A stretch of DNA of 64,000 bases from Acidobacteriota bacterium (lineage in GTDB: Bacteria > Acidobacteriota > UBA6911 > RPQK01 > JAJDTT01), in assembly GCA_965209055.1 (NCBI GenBank), contig OZ242374.1, forward strand, positions 2,528,001 to 2,592,000, written 5' to 3'. Each line of letters starts with the position of its first letter. The first letter of the stretch is position 1. A program made the position numbers and the translations under genes. Below, in pieces: positions 12,805 to 21,982 of this stretch. Under the pieces are notes generated by a model. The model was not told where the DNA came from. It saw only the letters and a program-made list of their open reading frames with translations, and did no database searches.

Positions 12805-13022
12805 TCCGGACGGATCGGGTGGAAACCGCTCCGATCCTACGGTGGCATTTATCTTCGGATACAGGGGTGGGTCCCGGGAGATCCCTGTACGCTGCGTAAT
12901 GCGCCGGTGGATCGCGGCTTATCTCGAGGGGTGCGGGTTGCCCGAAACTCCTCTCGTCCCACTCCGTCCGGATCCTGGTGATCACGGATCCGGTGAGACA
13001 GAAGGCAGCGCACATCGCTGCC
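12805..13022 (+). ncRNA. candidate structured non-coding RNA, family not recognised
   Basis: 10-bp closing stem 12805-12814/12963-12972, nested stems, TATC-TTCG-GATA and G-GAAA-C loops; no credible ORF. Confidence 0.45.
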
Positions 13023-13027
13023 GCAGA

Positions 13028-13552
13028 CTAGATGAAATTATCTTCGTCCGTGGTGTAGACGTCGGCGGGCCGCCGGCTCCGGCCGAACCATTTTTCGACG
13101 ATCGACCGGCCGGTTTGAATCAAGTCCGAAATCTGCCGTGTCGGCGCCATGATGGTACGGTGGATGCGGTAGGTTTCCTTGGAGATCCGGTTCAGGGCCC
13201 TGTTCATCTGGGAGGCTGCTTCCTGGGCGCCTGCCCGCATCTTCTCCAGGCTCCTGACGGTCTGTCCCTCGATCTCCCGGACTGAATCGCGGACGGTGTC
13301 CGAATGTCCGGTGGCCTCGCTGGCCCATCCGGACACCATCTTCAGCACGGGAATCATTTCCTCCAATCCGTCGTCGGCCTTCCTCACTGCTCGCCGAAGC
13401 CGCCGGGACGTCCGGGTCAGTTCCTGGCACAATGAGCCGAGACCGCGCAGTGTGGCGGTCAGCAGGAAGCTGGTGAAAAGAGTCTGCACGATGACGAGCA
13501 CCGTCATGATGACGACACCGATCACCAAGGTTTGGGAGAGTTCGGACCCCAT
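13028..13552 (-). CDS. hypothetical protein: N-terminal TM helix plus helical/coiled-coil region (DUF948-like)
   Basis: Hydrophobic N-terminus followed by amphipathic helical sequence. Confidence 0.7.
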   Translation of the reverse strand: MGSELSQTLVIGVVIMTVLVIVQTLFTSFLLTATLRGLGSLCQELTRTSRRLRRAVRKADDGLEEMIPVLKMVSGWASEATGHSDTVRDSVREIEGQTVRSLEKMRAGAQEAASQMNRALNRISKETYRIHRTIMAPTRQISDLIQTGRSIVEKWFGRSRRPADVYTTDEDNFI

Positions 13553-13647
13553 GCCGGGAAGAAACGTATCACATGCCCCTGGGACCGGGAAGAGTCCTCT
13601 GAGGACCCTTCACCCGGACGCGGCCGGTGGTTGAGGGCCGGGCCGGG

Positions 13648-14799
13648 ATGGAACCGGATCTTCGCGCTCAGCTCACCCGCAGGATAAAGAGGAGGGCCCG
13701 CCGGCTGGGTTTTCACGGCGTAGGCGTCTCACCGGCGGACCCCGGACCCGGCGAGAAGCTCCGCGTCTGGCTGGAGCTCGGGTACCAGGGTTCCATGGCC
13801 TATCTGGAGCGCCAGGCCGAAAAAAGGCTCGATCCGGGAAGGGTCTTGCCGGGCGTCCGCTCCATGGTCTGCGTAGCCCTGGCCTATCCGCATTCCCAGC
13901 CGTTGCCCTACGACGATCCCGAGCGGGGAGTCATCTCCAGGTATGCCTCGGGGGACGACTACCACTCGGTCATGGGATCCCTCATGGCCCGGCTCCTGGA
14001 GTCGATCCGGGAGGAAGTGCCGGGAGTCGGAGCGAGATTCTACGTCGACAGCGGTCCGGTGATGGACAAGTACTGGGCGGCCCGGGCGGGTATCGGGTGG
14101 CTGGGAAAGCACACGAACCTACTGGACCGGAAGCTGGGATCGTGGTTTTTCCTGGGCGAGATCCTGCTGGATGTGGAGTTGGACCCTGACGAACCGGCTG
14201 TGGACCATTGCGGTTCCTGCACCCGCTGCATCGACGCCTGTCCCACGGACGCCATCGTCGAACCCTACCTGCTGGACAGCCGCCGCTGCATTTCCTATCT
14301 GACCATCGAGTTGAAGGAGGATATTCCCCAGGAGCTGCGTCAACCCATGGGCAACCTGGTCTTCGGCTGCGACATCTGCCAGGACGTCTGTCCCTGGAAC
14401 CATCCGGTTCCCGATTCCTCCGTCCCCGAACTGGCCCCCCGTCCCGTCAACCGCTCGCCCGAACTCCGGGAGCTGGCCCAGTTGTCGCCGGACGAATTCC
14501 GAGAACGATTCAGCGGCAGTCCCGTCAAGCGCGCCAAGTGGCGCGGTTTCGTCCGCAACGTGGCCGTGGCCATGGGCAACTCCGGCAACCCCGGTCTGGC
14601 GCCGGAGTTGACGAATCTGCTGAACTCGGAGGATCCCATGGTCAGGCGCCACGCGGGTTGGGCTCTGACGCGGTTGGGCACGGGCGAGGCGCTGGACGCT
14701 GTCCGCAGGCGTTGCTCCGAGGAGCCGGATTCTGAGACAAGAGCGACGCTGCGAGAACTGCTCGGCGGCGAGCCGGAGGATCCGCCGGGGGTCAGTTGA
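13648..14799 (+). CDS. queG: tRNA epoxyqueuosine(34) reductase
   Basis: ISRYA.GDDYH, GSWFFLGEIL, CGSCTRCIDACPT, GCDICQDVCPWN, HEAT-like tail. Confidence 0.96.
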   Translation: MEPDLRAQLTRRIKRRARRLGFHGVGVSPADPGPGEKLRVWLELGYQGSMAYLERQAEKRLDPGRVLPGVRSMVCVALAYPHSQPLPYDDPERGVISRYASGDDYHSVMGSLMARLLESIREEVPGVGARFYVDSGPVMDKYWAARAGIGWLGKHTNLLDRKLGSWFFLGEILLDVELDPDEPAVDHCGSCTRCIDACPTDAIVEPYLLDSRRCISYLTIELKEDIPQELRQPMGNLVFGCDICQDVCPWNHPVPDSSVPELAPRPVNRSPELRELAQLSPDEFRERFSGSPVKRAKWRGFVRNVAVAMGNSGNPGLAPELTNLLNSEDPMVRRHAGWALTRLGTGEALDAVRRRCSEEPDSETRATLRELLGGEPEDPPGVS

Positions 14800-15301
14800 T
14801 TCGGGTCGAGGAATGCTGTCCGACTCCGGCCGCGGCGGCGACCGGCGCCATCCTGCGCTCCAGGTCGGCCAGTTTCGCCCGGTTCGCCTCCAGCGTCTTG
14901 GGTTGGATGAGCTTGCCGGTAAACTCGACGTGCATGGTCCAAGCCTGTTCCACCTGTCCGCTGTCCGGATTCCGGTACCAGCCCGCCTCCCAGGTGCGCT
15001 TGTTGTTCAGATCCCAGGTGATGATCTGGCCCGGCTGGTAGCTCACCCGGGTCGGAACGACGTCCAGTTCCAGGATCTGGTCGTCGGGATCCAAAGGAAG
15101 AAGGACTGCGATGTGGGCATCGGAAATCCGCTTGCGGCACGCCGCGTCGGAGTACACGGGCAGATCGGTATAAAGGACCCGATAGGGCACGACCGGCATC
15201 TGGTCGGTTTCTTCCGGGGGCGCACCTAAATGGGCAATCGTCCTGTCGGCTTCATGGGACATTTCAAGATCCTCCCAGGCCGGCTCTTCCGGCGCCGGCA
15301 T
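14792..15301 (-). CDS. hypothetical protein
   Basis: Genome-typical codon usage; globular composition (WEAGWYRNPDSG..AW). Confidence 0.65.
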   Translation of the reverse strand: MPAPEEPAWEDLEMSHEADRTIAHLGAPPEETDQMPVVPYRVLYTDLPVYSDAACRKRISDAHIAVLLPLDPDDQILELDVVPTRVSYQPGQIITWDLNNKRTWEAGWYRNPDSGQVEQAWTMHVEFTGKLIQPKTLEANRAKLADLERRMAPVAAAAGVGQHSSTRIN

Positions 15302-15517
15302 GAACGCGGCGCCCGGATCTCATGTGATCGCCACCGGCCGAATCGGAGGGGAATGATAGCAGAGGGGGACCGGGAAAGAGAAAAACGGAAACAAAATTAA
15401 AGAGTGTGCGCGAGCGGGTTGGTCACATGGAGGTGAGAGAGTTGCTCCCGACCTGGCCGGTGAGAGCGTCAACGGCCAGGGATGGAACCGGGATATCCAA
15501 CAACGGGTATTGACGGC

Positions 15518-16069
15518 ATGAGCAGATTCGTCGCCATCGATTTCGAGACCGCCAATGACAGCCGGGACAGTGCGTGTTCGGTGGGTCTCGTCGTGGGCCG
15601 CGACGGCGAGATCGAGGTGTCGCGGACGTTTCTGATTCGACCGCCGGCGCCGGAGTTCAGTTTCACCTGGGTTCATGGACTCGGATGGGAGGACGTTCGC
15701 CATGCGCCCACCTTCGGCGAACTCTGGCCGACTCTCCTTCCTTGGCTCGAGAGCGCGGAGTTCGTCGCGGCTCACAACGCGCCGTTCGACAGAAGCGTCC
15801 TCCAAGCCTGTTGCGCCGCCTATGGCGTCATGGCTCCCCGGAAGCCGTTTGTCTGCACGGTGCAGTTGGCGCGAAAGCAATGGGGAATCTACCCGACGAC
15901 GCTGCCGGACGTCTGCCGGCGGCTCCGCATCCCGCTGAGTCATCACGAATCGGGATCGGATGCGCAGGCGTGTGCGCGCATCGTCCTGGCCGCCCAGGCG
16001 GCGGGATGGAGTCGGCGGCGACCCCGTCGCCGGCGAAAACGATTCCGCAGGTCGCGCCGAAAAGGATGA
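15518..16069 (+). CDS. DEDDh 3'-5' exonuclease (DNA pol III epsilon-like)
   Basis: FVAIDFETAN, VAAHNAPFD, HH.SGSDA.ACA; Arg-rich tail. Confidence 0.92.
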   Translation: MSRFVAIDFETANDSRDSACSVGLVVGRDGEIEVSRTFLIRPPAPEFSFTWVHGLGWEDVRHAPTFGELWPTLLPWLESAEFVAAHNAPFDRSVLQACCAAYGVMAPRKPFVCTVQLARKQWGIYPTTLPDVCRRLRIPLSHHESGSDAQACARIVLAAQAAGWSRRRPRRRRKRFRRSRRKG

Positions 16070-16079
16070 AATGAACAAC

Positions 16080-16127
16080 AATCCTTGAAAATATGTAGGT
16101 GACCTGCCGATTTTCAAGGATTATAAT
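16080..16127 (+). promoter_or_regulatory. 13-bp perfect inverted repeat overlapping the first base of a TATAAT -10 box
   Basis: AATCCTTGAAAAT (16080-16092) / ATTTTCAAGGATT (16110-16122); TATAAT 16122-16127; ATG 16136. Confidence 0.7.
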
Positions 16128-16135
16128 GTTCTGCC

Positions 16136-17311
16136 ATGCTGATCGAGCGGCCGGCCCCTTTGCGACGAATCGAAGAGGCGTTCGTCGTCCATCCGGTCGT
16201 AGCCCTGACCGGACCGCGGCAATGTGGGAAGACGACTCTCGCGCGGGTGATCGTACAGGATTCAACTTCCAGCACGTATTTCGATTTGGAAGCAGAGGTG
16301 GACCGGCGGCGTCTTGAAACGCCGGAATATTCTCTTGGCAGCCTCACCGGGCTCGTCGTCATCGACGAAGTGCAACGTCGGCCGGAGTTGTTCGAGACTC
16401 TGCGGGTGCTGGTTGACCGGCCGAATCACGCCGCGCGCTTTCTGGTGCTGGGAAGCGCCTCTCCCGTGCTGGTGAAAGGGGTGTCAGAATCGCTGGCGGG
16501 TCGCGTCGGGTTGGTCGGTCTTTCCGGATTCGATATCGGCGAGGTGGCTGCCGCATCCTGGCGCCGGCTCTGGCTGCGGGGCGGCTTTCCCCGCTCCTAT
16601 TTGGCGCCTGATCTGTCGGCGTCCGCACTCTGGCGCACGAATTTCGTCAGCACTTTCCTTGAACGTGACATTCCGCAGTTGGGGATCACGATCCCAGCCG
16701 AAACCCTTCGCCGTTTCTGGACCATGATCGCCCACTACCATGGCCAGGTCTGGAACTCGGCCGAGTTGGCGCGTGCACTCGGCGCCAATCAGCGCACCGC
16801 ACGCCGATACCTGGACATCCTTGCCGGAGCGTTCATGGTGCGGGTGTTGCCGCCGTGGGTTCCCAATCTCCGAAAGCGGCAGGTCAAGTCGCCCAAGGTC
16901 TACCTGCGCGATACCGGCCTGCTGCACACTCTGCTCGGCCTGACCAGCGAACAGGACGTGGCCGGACATCCCAAAGTCGGAGCGTCGTTCGAAGGATTCG
17001 CCATCGAGCAGTTGCTGGCTGTTCTGGCAACCGGCAACGTTTATTTCTGGGCCACGCACGCGGGCGCTGAACTCGATCTGCTGTTTACCCGCTCCGGCAA
17101 AAACTTCGGTGTGGAGGTCAAGCTGGCGGATGCTCCCCGCACTACCAAGTCGATGCGAGTGGCGATCGCGGACTTGCAATTGCAACATCTTTGGATCGTA
17201 TACCCTGGCAACGAAACCTATTCCCTGGATGATCGGATCACGGTCCTCCCGGTCTCGCGAGTGCCCGAGTTTGCAACCGGTTTGCCTGGGGTGAGTGGCG
17301 GTTTTGGATGA
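16136..17311 (+). CDS. AAA_14-type ATP-binding protein with DUF4143 and C-terminal nuclease-like motif
   Basis: GPRQCGKTT, VVIDEVQ, LGSAS, RGGFP, KSPKVYLRDTG, ELDLL..GVEVK. Confidence 0.92.
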   Translation: MLIERPAPLRRIEEAFVVHPVVALTGPRQCGKTTLARVIVQDSTSSTYFDLEAEVDRRRLETPEYSLGSLTGLVVIDEVQRRPELFETLRVLVDRPNHAARFLVLGSASPVLVKGVSESLAGRVGLVGLSGFDIGEVAAASWRRLWLRGGFPRSYLAPDLSASALWRTNFVSTFLERDIPQLGITIPAETLRRFWTMIAHYHGQVWNSAELARALGANQRTARRYLDILAGAFMVRVLPPWVPNLRKRQVKSPKVYLRDTGLLHTLLGLTSEQDVAGHPKVGASFEGFAIEQLLAVLATGNVYFWATHAGAELDLLFTRSGKNFGVEVKLADAPRTTKSMRVAIADLQLQHLWIVYPGNETYSLDDRITVLPVSRVPEFATGLPGVSGGFG

Positions 17312-17351
17312 GTCCATCGTCGCCGCAACAAGCCCTGAGGAGGATTTTGAC

Positions 17352-17603
17352 ATGAAGAAGAACGTCAGCGTCTATCCGTTGCGTTTGCCTGCGTCCCTGA
17401 AGGCGGCCGTCGCCGAGATCAGCAGAGAAGAGGGCACGAGCATCAATCAGTTCGTGGCCATGGCCGTCGCCGAAAAGATCTCCGCCATGAAAACCGCTGA
17501 ATTCTTCACCGCCCGGGGCGCCGAAGCCGATATTGAGGCGGCACGCCGCCTCGTTCGTCGTGACGGGGGCCAATCGCCGGCGCCCGATGACCACCTGGAA
17601 TGA
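17352..17603 (+). CDS. HicB-like/RHH antitoxin-family protein (no adjacent toxin)
   Basis: YPLRLPASLK..EGTSINQFVAMAVAEKISA; GAGGA RBS. Confidence 0.85.
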   Translation: MKKNVSVYPLRLPASLKAAVAEISREEGTSINQFVAMAVAEKISAMKTAEFFTARGAEADIEAARRLVRRDGGQSPAPDDHLE

Positions 17604-17766
17604 AATTGCCGAGTTTCGTATGGGCAAGAAAAAATGCGCCTAGGGATTGGCGGACGCGAAATCCGAAGCGCTTTTCGCGGATGAATGCTGAGCTTGTCTT
17701 CCTGGAGACAAACGCTGTAGCCGGGGGCGGATTACGGTTCCAAGGGCCGCCGCCGACCGGAAACTC

Positions 17767-19134
17767 TCAAGTCAGCCGGCCGAATCCCTGTTCGGGCAAG
17801 GGGCCCTTCAGTCTGGACTCCAGGTCGTCCTTCCGGAGGGCTTTTTTCAGGACTGCCAGGACCTCGTCCAGGGCCGCCAGGTAGCCGTCGATGACCTCGT
17901 CGGTGTGGGCCAGGGAGACGGTGAACGCTCCCGTGGACAGGTATCCGCGGTCCAGCATTTCCTGGGTCATCAGAGCCTGCAGCGCCAGACTCTTCTCGCC
18001 GTGCCCGAAAGCCATGTGCGACATGGGGTATTGGCCGTGCGGCTGCATGTCGATTCCGTGCCGGCGGGCCAGTTTCCGCCAGCCGTCGTGGACCTTGGCG
18101 CCGATCCTCATGGTGTGCTCCGAGAGGCGGACCCGCTCCATCTTGCGGATGGCGGCGACGGCGGCGGTAGGTCCCACGGCGTCGGTCCAGTAGGTGCTGC
18201 TGATAAAGGAGCTCTGGGCCGCCTCCATTACCTCCCGGCGGCCGATCACGGCGCCCATGGGATAGCCGTTGGAGGTGGACTTGGAATACGCGGCCAAGTC
18301 CGGCTCAACGTCCAGCGTCAGGTGGGCGCCGCCCAGGCAGAACCGCCAGCCGGCGCTGATCTCATCGATGATCATGACCGCGCCGATCCGGTCGGCCAGC
18401 TCGCGGATGCGGTGGAGGAACCGGTCTTTCGGAGGAACGTCCCGGAGCGGTTCCGTAATGATGGCGGCCAGTTTGCCTCCCGTCCGGTCGATGATGGCCT
18501 CCAATTCGTCGATCCGGTTGTAGTGGAAAGGCAGGGCGGTGCCGGCCAGCGAGCGGGGAACTCCCGTCGGGTTCAGGCCCCGCATGAGCAGTCCGTCCAG
18601 GGCGTCGTGGTCCCCCAGGTTGGCCGCCAGATACCAGTCGCTCCAGCCGTGGTAGCCGCAGAAGGCAACCGTCTCCCGCCCCGTGGCGGCCCGCGCAATG
18701 CGGACGGCGACGGACATGGTTTCACCTCCGGCGCGGGCGTAGCGCACCATGTCGGCCCAGGGGTGGAGCTCGCAGAGCAGCTCCGCCAGCTCCACCTCGG
18801 CGGGCGAGTTGAGAGTGGACATGTTTCCGCGGTCGATGGCGCCTCGAACGGCCGCGTTCACATCGGGGTCCGCGTATCCCAGCAGGCAGGCTCCCACGCA
18901 GTGGATGGTGGTGTCGTAGAAATGCCGTCCGTCCAGGTCCCAGATCTCGCATCCGCGAGCCTTGCTGAAATAGGCGGGCCACTGCCGGGGCAGGAACCGT
19001 TCGGGCCGCTTGGAAAGCAGTTGAACTCCTCCCGGGATGAGCTTCTTGGCTTTTCGATACAGCCGTGCGCCGGTGGTTTCGGTCCAATCCACGCCGGAGT
19101 ATTCCGTGATCTCTTTAACGTCGGAGTCATCCAT
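17767..19134 (-). CDS. class III PLP aminotransferase (GSA aminomutase-like)
   Basis: IPGGVQLLSKR, FCGYHGWSDW, IIDEISAGWR, SKSTSNGYP (PLP Lys). Confidence 0.92.
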   Translation of the reverse strand: MDDSDVKEITEYSGVDWTETTGARLYRKAKKLIPGGVQLLSKRPERFLPRQWPAYFSKARGCEIWDLDGRHFYDTTIHCVGACLLGYADPDVNAAVRGAIDRGNMSTLNSPAEVELAELLCELHPWADMVRYARAGGETMSVAVRIARAATGRETVAFCGYHGWSDWYLAANLGDHDALDGLLMRGLNPTGVPRSLAGTALPFHYNRIDELEAIIDRTGGKLAAIITEPLRDVPPKDRFLHRIRELADRIGAVMIIDEISAGWRFCLGGAHLTLDVEPDLAAYSKSTSNGYPMGAVIGRREVMEAAQSSFISSTYWTDAVGPTAAVAAIRKMERVRLSEHTMRIGAKVHDGWRKLARRHGIDMQPHGQYPMSHMAFGHGEKSLALQALMTQEMLDRGYLSTGAFTVSLAHTDEVIDGYLAALDEVLAVLKKALRKDDLESRLKGPLPEQGFGRLT

Positions 19135-19310
19135 GATTCTTGCCTCGACTTTCCGTGGGCGGGCGCCTGCGACAGTTTGTGAAAGGCAAAAGTTAGAACC
19201 GTCTCCCGGATAAAGTCAACCGGACCGGCCGGGGTTGAAGGAGACGGTTCACGGAATGCGGTCCGGCGGTGCTGCGGGGCGGCCCGATTCCGGTTGTTAT
19301 AATCCGCACC

Positions 19311-21113
19311 GTGCGGGATCTTCGCCGGCTCTTCCCCTTCATTCGACCCTATTCTCCGCTACTGGTTCTGGCCCTGGTGCTGCTGTCCGTCACCAGCGCC
19401 GTGGAGATGGGAATCGTCCTCCTGCTGGGTCCCCTGTTCAACCAGTGGGCGGGTGTCCCCCTGGGTCCGGAGGGCGGTTTTGTGGACAAGTTCGCGTTCC
19501 TCCGCGACCTGCTGGGCATCGGCGAGGACAACTTCACTCGGATCGCCGTGGCCCTGGTCTGCTTCTCGCTCCTCAAGGGGGTGTTCCTTTATTTCGCGGA
19601 ATATTCCATGAGCTACACGGGCCAGCGCGTGGTGGCCGATCTGCGCAAGCGGCTCTACGGCCATCTGCTGAACCAGTCCCTCTCTTTCTTCGCCCTCAAC
19701 CCCACGGGTCGCCTCATGTCGCGCCTCGTCGTCGACACCGAGCGGTTGCAGCTCATGGTGAGCCGCATGCTGACCGACCTGATGCGGCAGGTCTCGCTGT
19801 TCATCTGTTTCCTGGTCCTGATGATCTACATCGACTGGTTGCTGTCCCTCTTCGCCTGCGTCGTGGGTCCGCTGGTGGTGGCGCTGGCGCTGGCGCTGGG
19901 GCGCCGGGTCCGCCGGGCCGGGCAGGAGAGTCAGGAGAACCTGGAGGAGATGAGCCATCTGCTGCAGGAGACCATCGCCGGCCACCGCACGGTGAAGGCA
20001 TTCTGCATGGAGGAGTACGAAGCCGGCCGCTTCCGCGAGCTGAATCGGCGGCAGGTGCGGGTCAACGTCCAGGCCGCCCGAATCGGCGCCCTGGGGTCCC
20101 CTCTGACCGAGCTCATCGGTTACGTCTCGTTCGTGCCCTTTCTCCTGTACGCCCACAGTCAGATCCAACAGGGTTTCAGCCTGGGAGCCTTCGTCGTCTT
20201 CATCGTCGCCCTGTTCCGGCTCTATGAACCGCTGCGCAAGCTCTCCCGCATGCACCTGCACTTCCAGCACGGGTTCGCCGCCTCCACCCGCATCTTTCAA
20301 CTGCTGGACACCCGGCATGAGGTCCCCCGCGTTCCCGAGGCGCCTCCGCTGCCTCCCCTGAGCCGGGAGATCCGGTTCGAAGACGTGGCGTTCAGCTACC
20401 AGGAAGAAGCTGCGGCGGCGCTCCAGGATGTCGACCTGTCCATTCGCCGGGGAGAAGTCGTGGCCCTGGTGGGGCCGAGCGGCGCCGGCAAGACGACCCT
20501 GGCGAGCCTGATTCCCAGGTTCTTCGACGTGAGCCAGGGGCGGGTCGCCGTCGACGGAACCGACATTCGCAAAGTAGATCTGGACAGCCTGCGGGATCAG
20601 GTCGCCGTCGTGACCCAGGAGGTTTTCCTCTTCAACGACACGGTCCGGGACAACATCGGCTACGGCCGGGAGAACTGCTCGCGGGAGGAGATCGAGGAGG
20701 CGGCCCGGGCGGCCTTCATCCATGACGTCATCACCGCGCTTCCGTCCGGCTACGAGACCGGCATCGGCGAGTGGGGCGAAAAGCTCTCCGGGGGGCAGAG
20801 GCAGCGCCTGGCCATCGCCCGGGCGATTCTGAAGAAGGCTCCGATCCTGATTCTGGACGAGGCCACTTCGGCGCTGGACAGCGAATCGGAGCGGCTGGTC
20901 CAGGAGGCCCTGGACCATCTCATGGCCAACTGCACGACCCTGGTCATCGCCCACCGGCTGTCCACCATCCGGCGGGCCGACCGGATCGTGGTCATGGATG
21001 CGGGACGAATCGTGGAACAGGGCGACCACCGGACACTGCTGAAGACGTCCGGTCTCTACCGCCGCCTCCACCAGCTCCAGTTCTCGGCGCCGGGGGCAGG
21101 CAACGGAGGCTAG
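19311..21113 (+). CDS. MsbA-like ABC exporter (TMD + NBD)
   Basis: GPSGAGKTT, LSGGQRQR, ILDEATSALD, IAHRLST; GTG start chosen 7 nt after TGnTATAAT (ORF open from 19269). Confidence 0.92.
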   Translation: MRDLRRLFPFIRPYSPLLVLALVLLSVTSAVEMGIVLLLGPLFNQWAGVPLGPEGGFVDKFAFLRDLLGIGEDNFTRIAVALVCFSLLKGVFLYFAEYSMSYTGQRVVADLRKRLYGHLLNQSLSFFALNPTGRLMSRLVVDTERLQLMVSRMLTDLMRQVSLFICFLVLMIYIDWLLSLFACVVGPLVVALALALGRRVRRAGQESQENLEEMSHLLQETIAGHRTVKAFCMEEYEAGRFRELNRRQVRVNVQAARIGALGSPLTELIGYVSFVPFLLYAHSQIQQGFSLGAFVVFIVALFRLYEPLRKLSRMHLHFQHGFAASTRIFQLLDTRHEVPRVPEAPPLPPLSREIRFEDVAFSYQEEAAAALQDVDLSIRRGEVVALVGPSGAGKTTLASLIPRFFDVSQGRVAVDGTDIRKVDLDSLRDQVAVVTQEVFLFNDTVRDNIGYGRENCSREEIEEAARAAFIHDVITALPSGYETGIGEWGEKLSGGQRQRLAIARAILKKAPILILDEATSALDSESERLVQEALDHLMANCTTLVIAHRLSTIRRADRIVVMDAGRIVEQGDHRTLLKTSGLYRRLHQLQFSAPGAGNGG

Positions 21114-21137
21114 CTCCGGCCGGTGGCGCCGGGACCG

Positions 21138-21968
21138 TCAGCCCTCGTCGGGCCCGTACAGGGCATCCAACAGGGCGTCGCTCATGCCGACGGAGCTGAA
21201 TCCGCCGTCGTGGTAGAGGTTCTGCATCGTGACCTTGCGGGTCAGGTCCGAGACCAGCGCCACGACGAAATCGGCGCAGTCCTCGGCTTGGGCATTGCCC
21301 AGGGGCGACATCTTTTCCGCGGCCTCGTAAAGGCGGTCGAATCCCTTGATCCCGCTCCCGGCGGTGGTGCGGGTCGGGCTCTGGGACACGGTGTTGATCC
21401 GGATGCCCCGCCGGCCCAGCCGATACCCGAAGCTCCGGGCCACGCTCTCCAGCAGGGCCTTGGCGTCTCCCATGTCCGAATAACGGGAGAAGATCCGTTG
21501 CGCGCCGATGTAGGTCAGGGCCACGATGCTGCCGCCGTCGTTGAGACTGTCGGACTTGAGCGCTTCGGACACGATCCGGTGCAGGGAGAGGGCCGAGACG
21601 TCCAGCGTCTTGTGGAACCAGTCGTAGTTGAGGTCGCCGTAGGAACGTTTCTTGCGGACGTTGGGAGACATGCCGATGGAATGGACGATGAAGTCGACCC
21701 TTCCCAGCGTGGACTTCAACTCCTGGAAGGCCTTCTCCAGATCCGGCGAGGAAGAGGCGTCGCAGGCGATGAGAGGGGCGTCGCCGCAGGTCCGGGACAG
21801 TTCCCGGATGGGGCCAAAGCGGAACGCCATCCTGGTGTTGGAGAGGGCCAACCGGGCGCCCTCCCGGTGGCAGGCCAGGCTGATTTTCCAAGCCAGGCTC
21901 TGTTCGTTCAGGGGACCGAAGATGAGTCCCCGTTTGTCCCGCAGCAGGTTGTGACTCTCTAGTGACAT
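21138..21968 (-). CDS. fabI: enoyl-ACP reductase
   Basis: GLIFG.LNEQSLAW, HSIGMS, Y.DM.DAK, QNLYHDGGFS. Confidence 0.92.
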   Translation of the reverse strand: MSLESHNLLRDKRGLIFGPLNEQSLAWKISLACHREGARLALSNTRMAFRFGPIRELSRTCGDAPLIACDASSSPDLEKAFQELKSTLGRVDFIVHSIGMSPNVRKKRSYGDLNYDWFHKTLDVSALSLHRIVSEALKSDSLNDGGSIVALTYIGAQRIFSRYSDMGDAKALLESVARSFGYRLGRRGIRINTVSQSPTRTTAGSGIKGFDRLYEAAEKMSPLGNAQAEDCADFVVALVSDLTRKVTMQNLYHDGGFSSVGMSDALLDALYGPDEG

Positions 21969-21982
21969 GAGCGATTCCTCGG

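Noticed and set aside
12918-12956. Resemblance to the SAM-I riboswitch 5' half (CTTATC..GAG..GGG..CCCG..AAAC)
   Set aside because: Lacks kink-turn GA pairs, the GCAAC segment and a GATAAG P1 partner; no downstream sense gene
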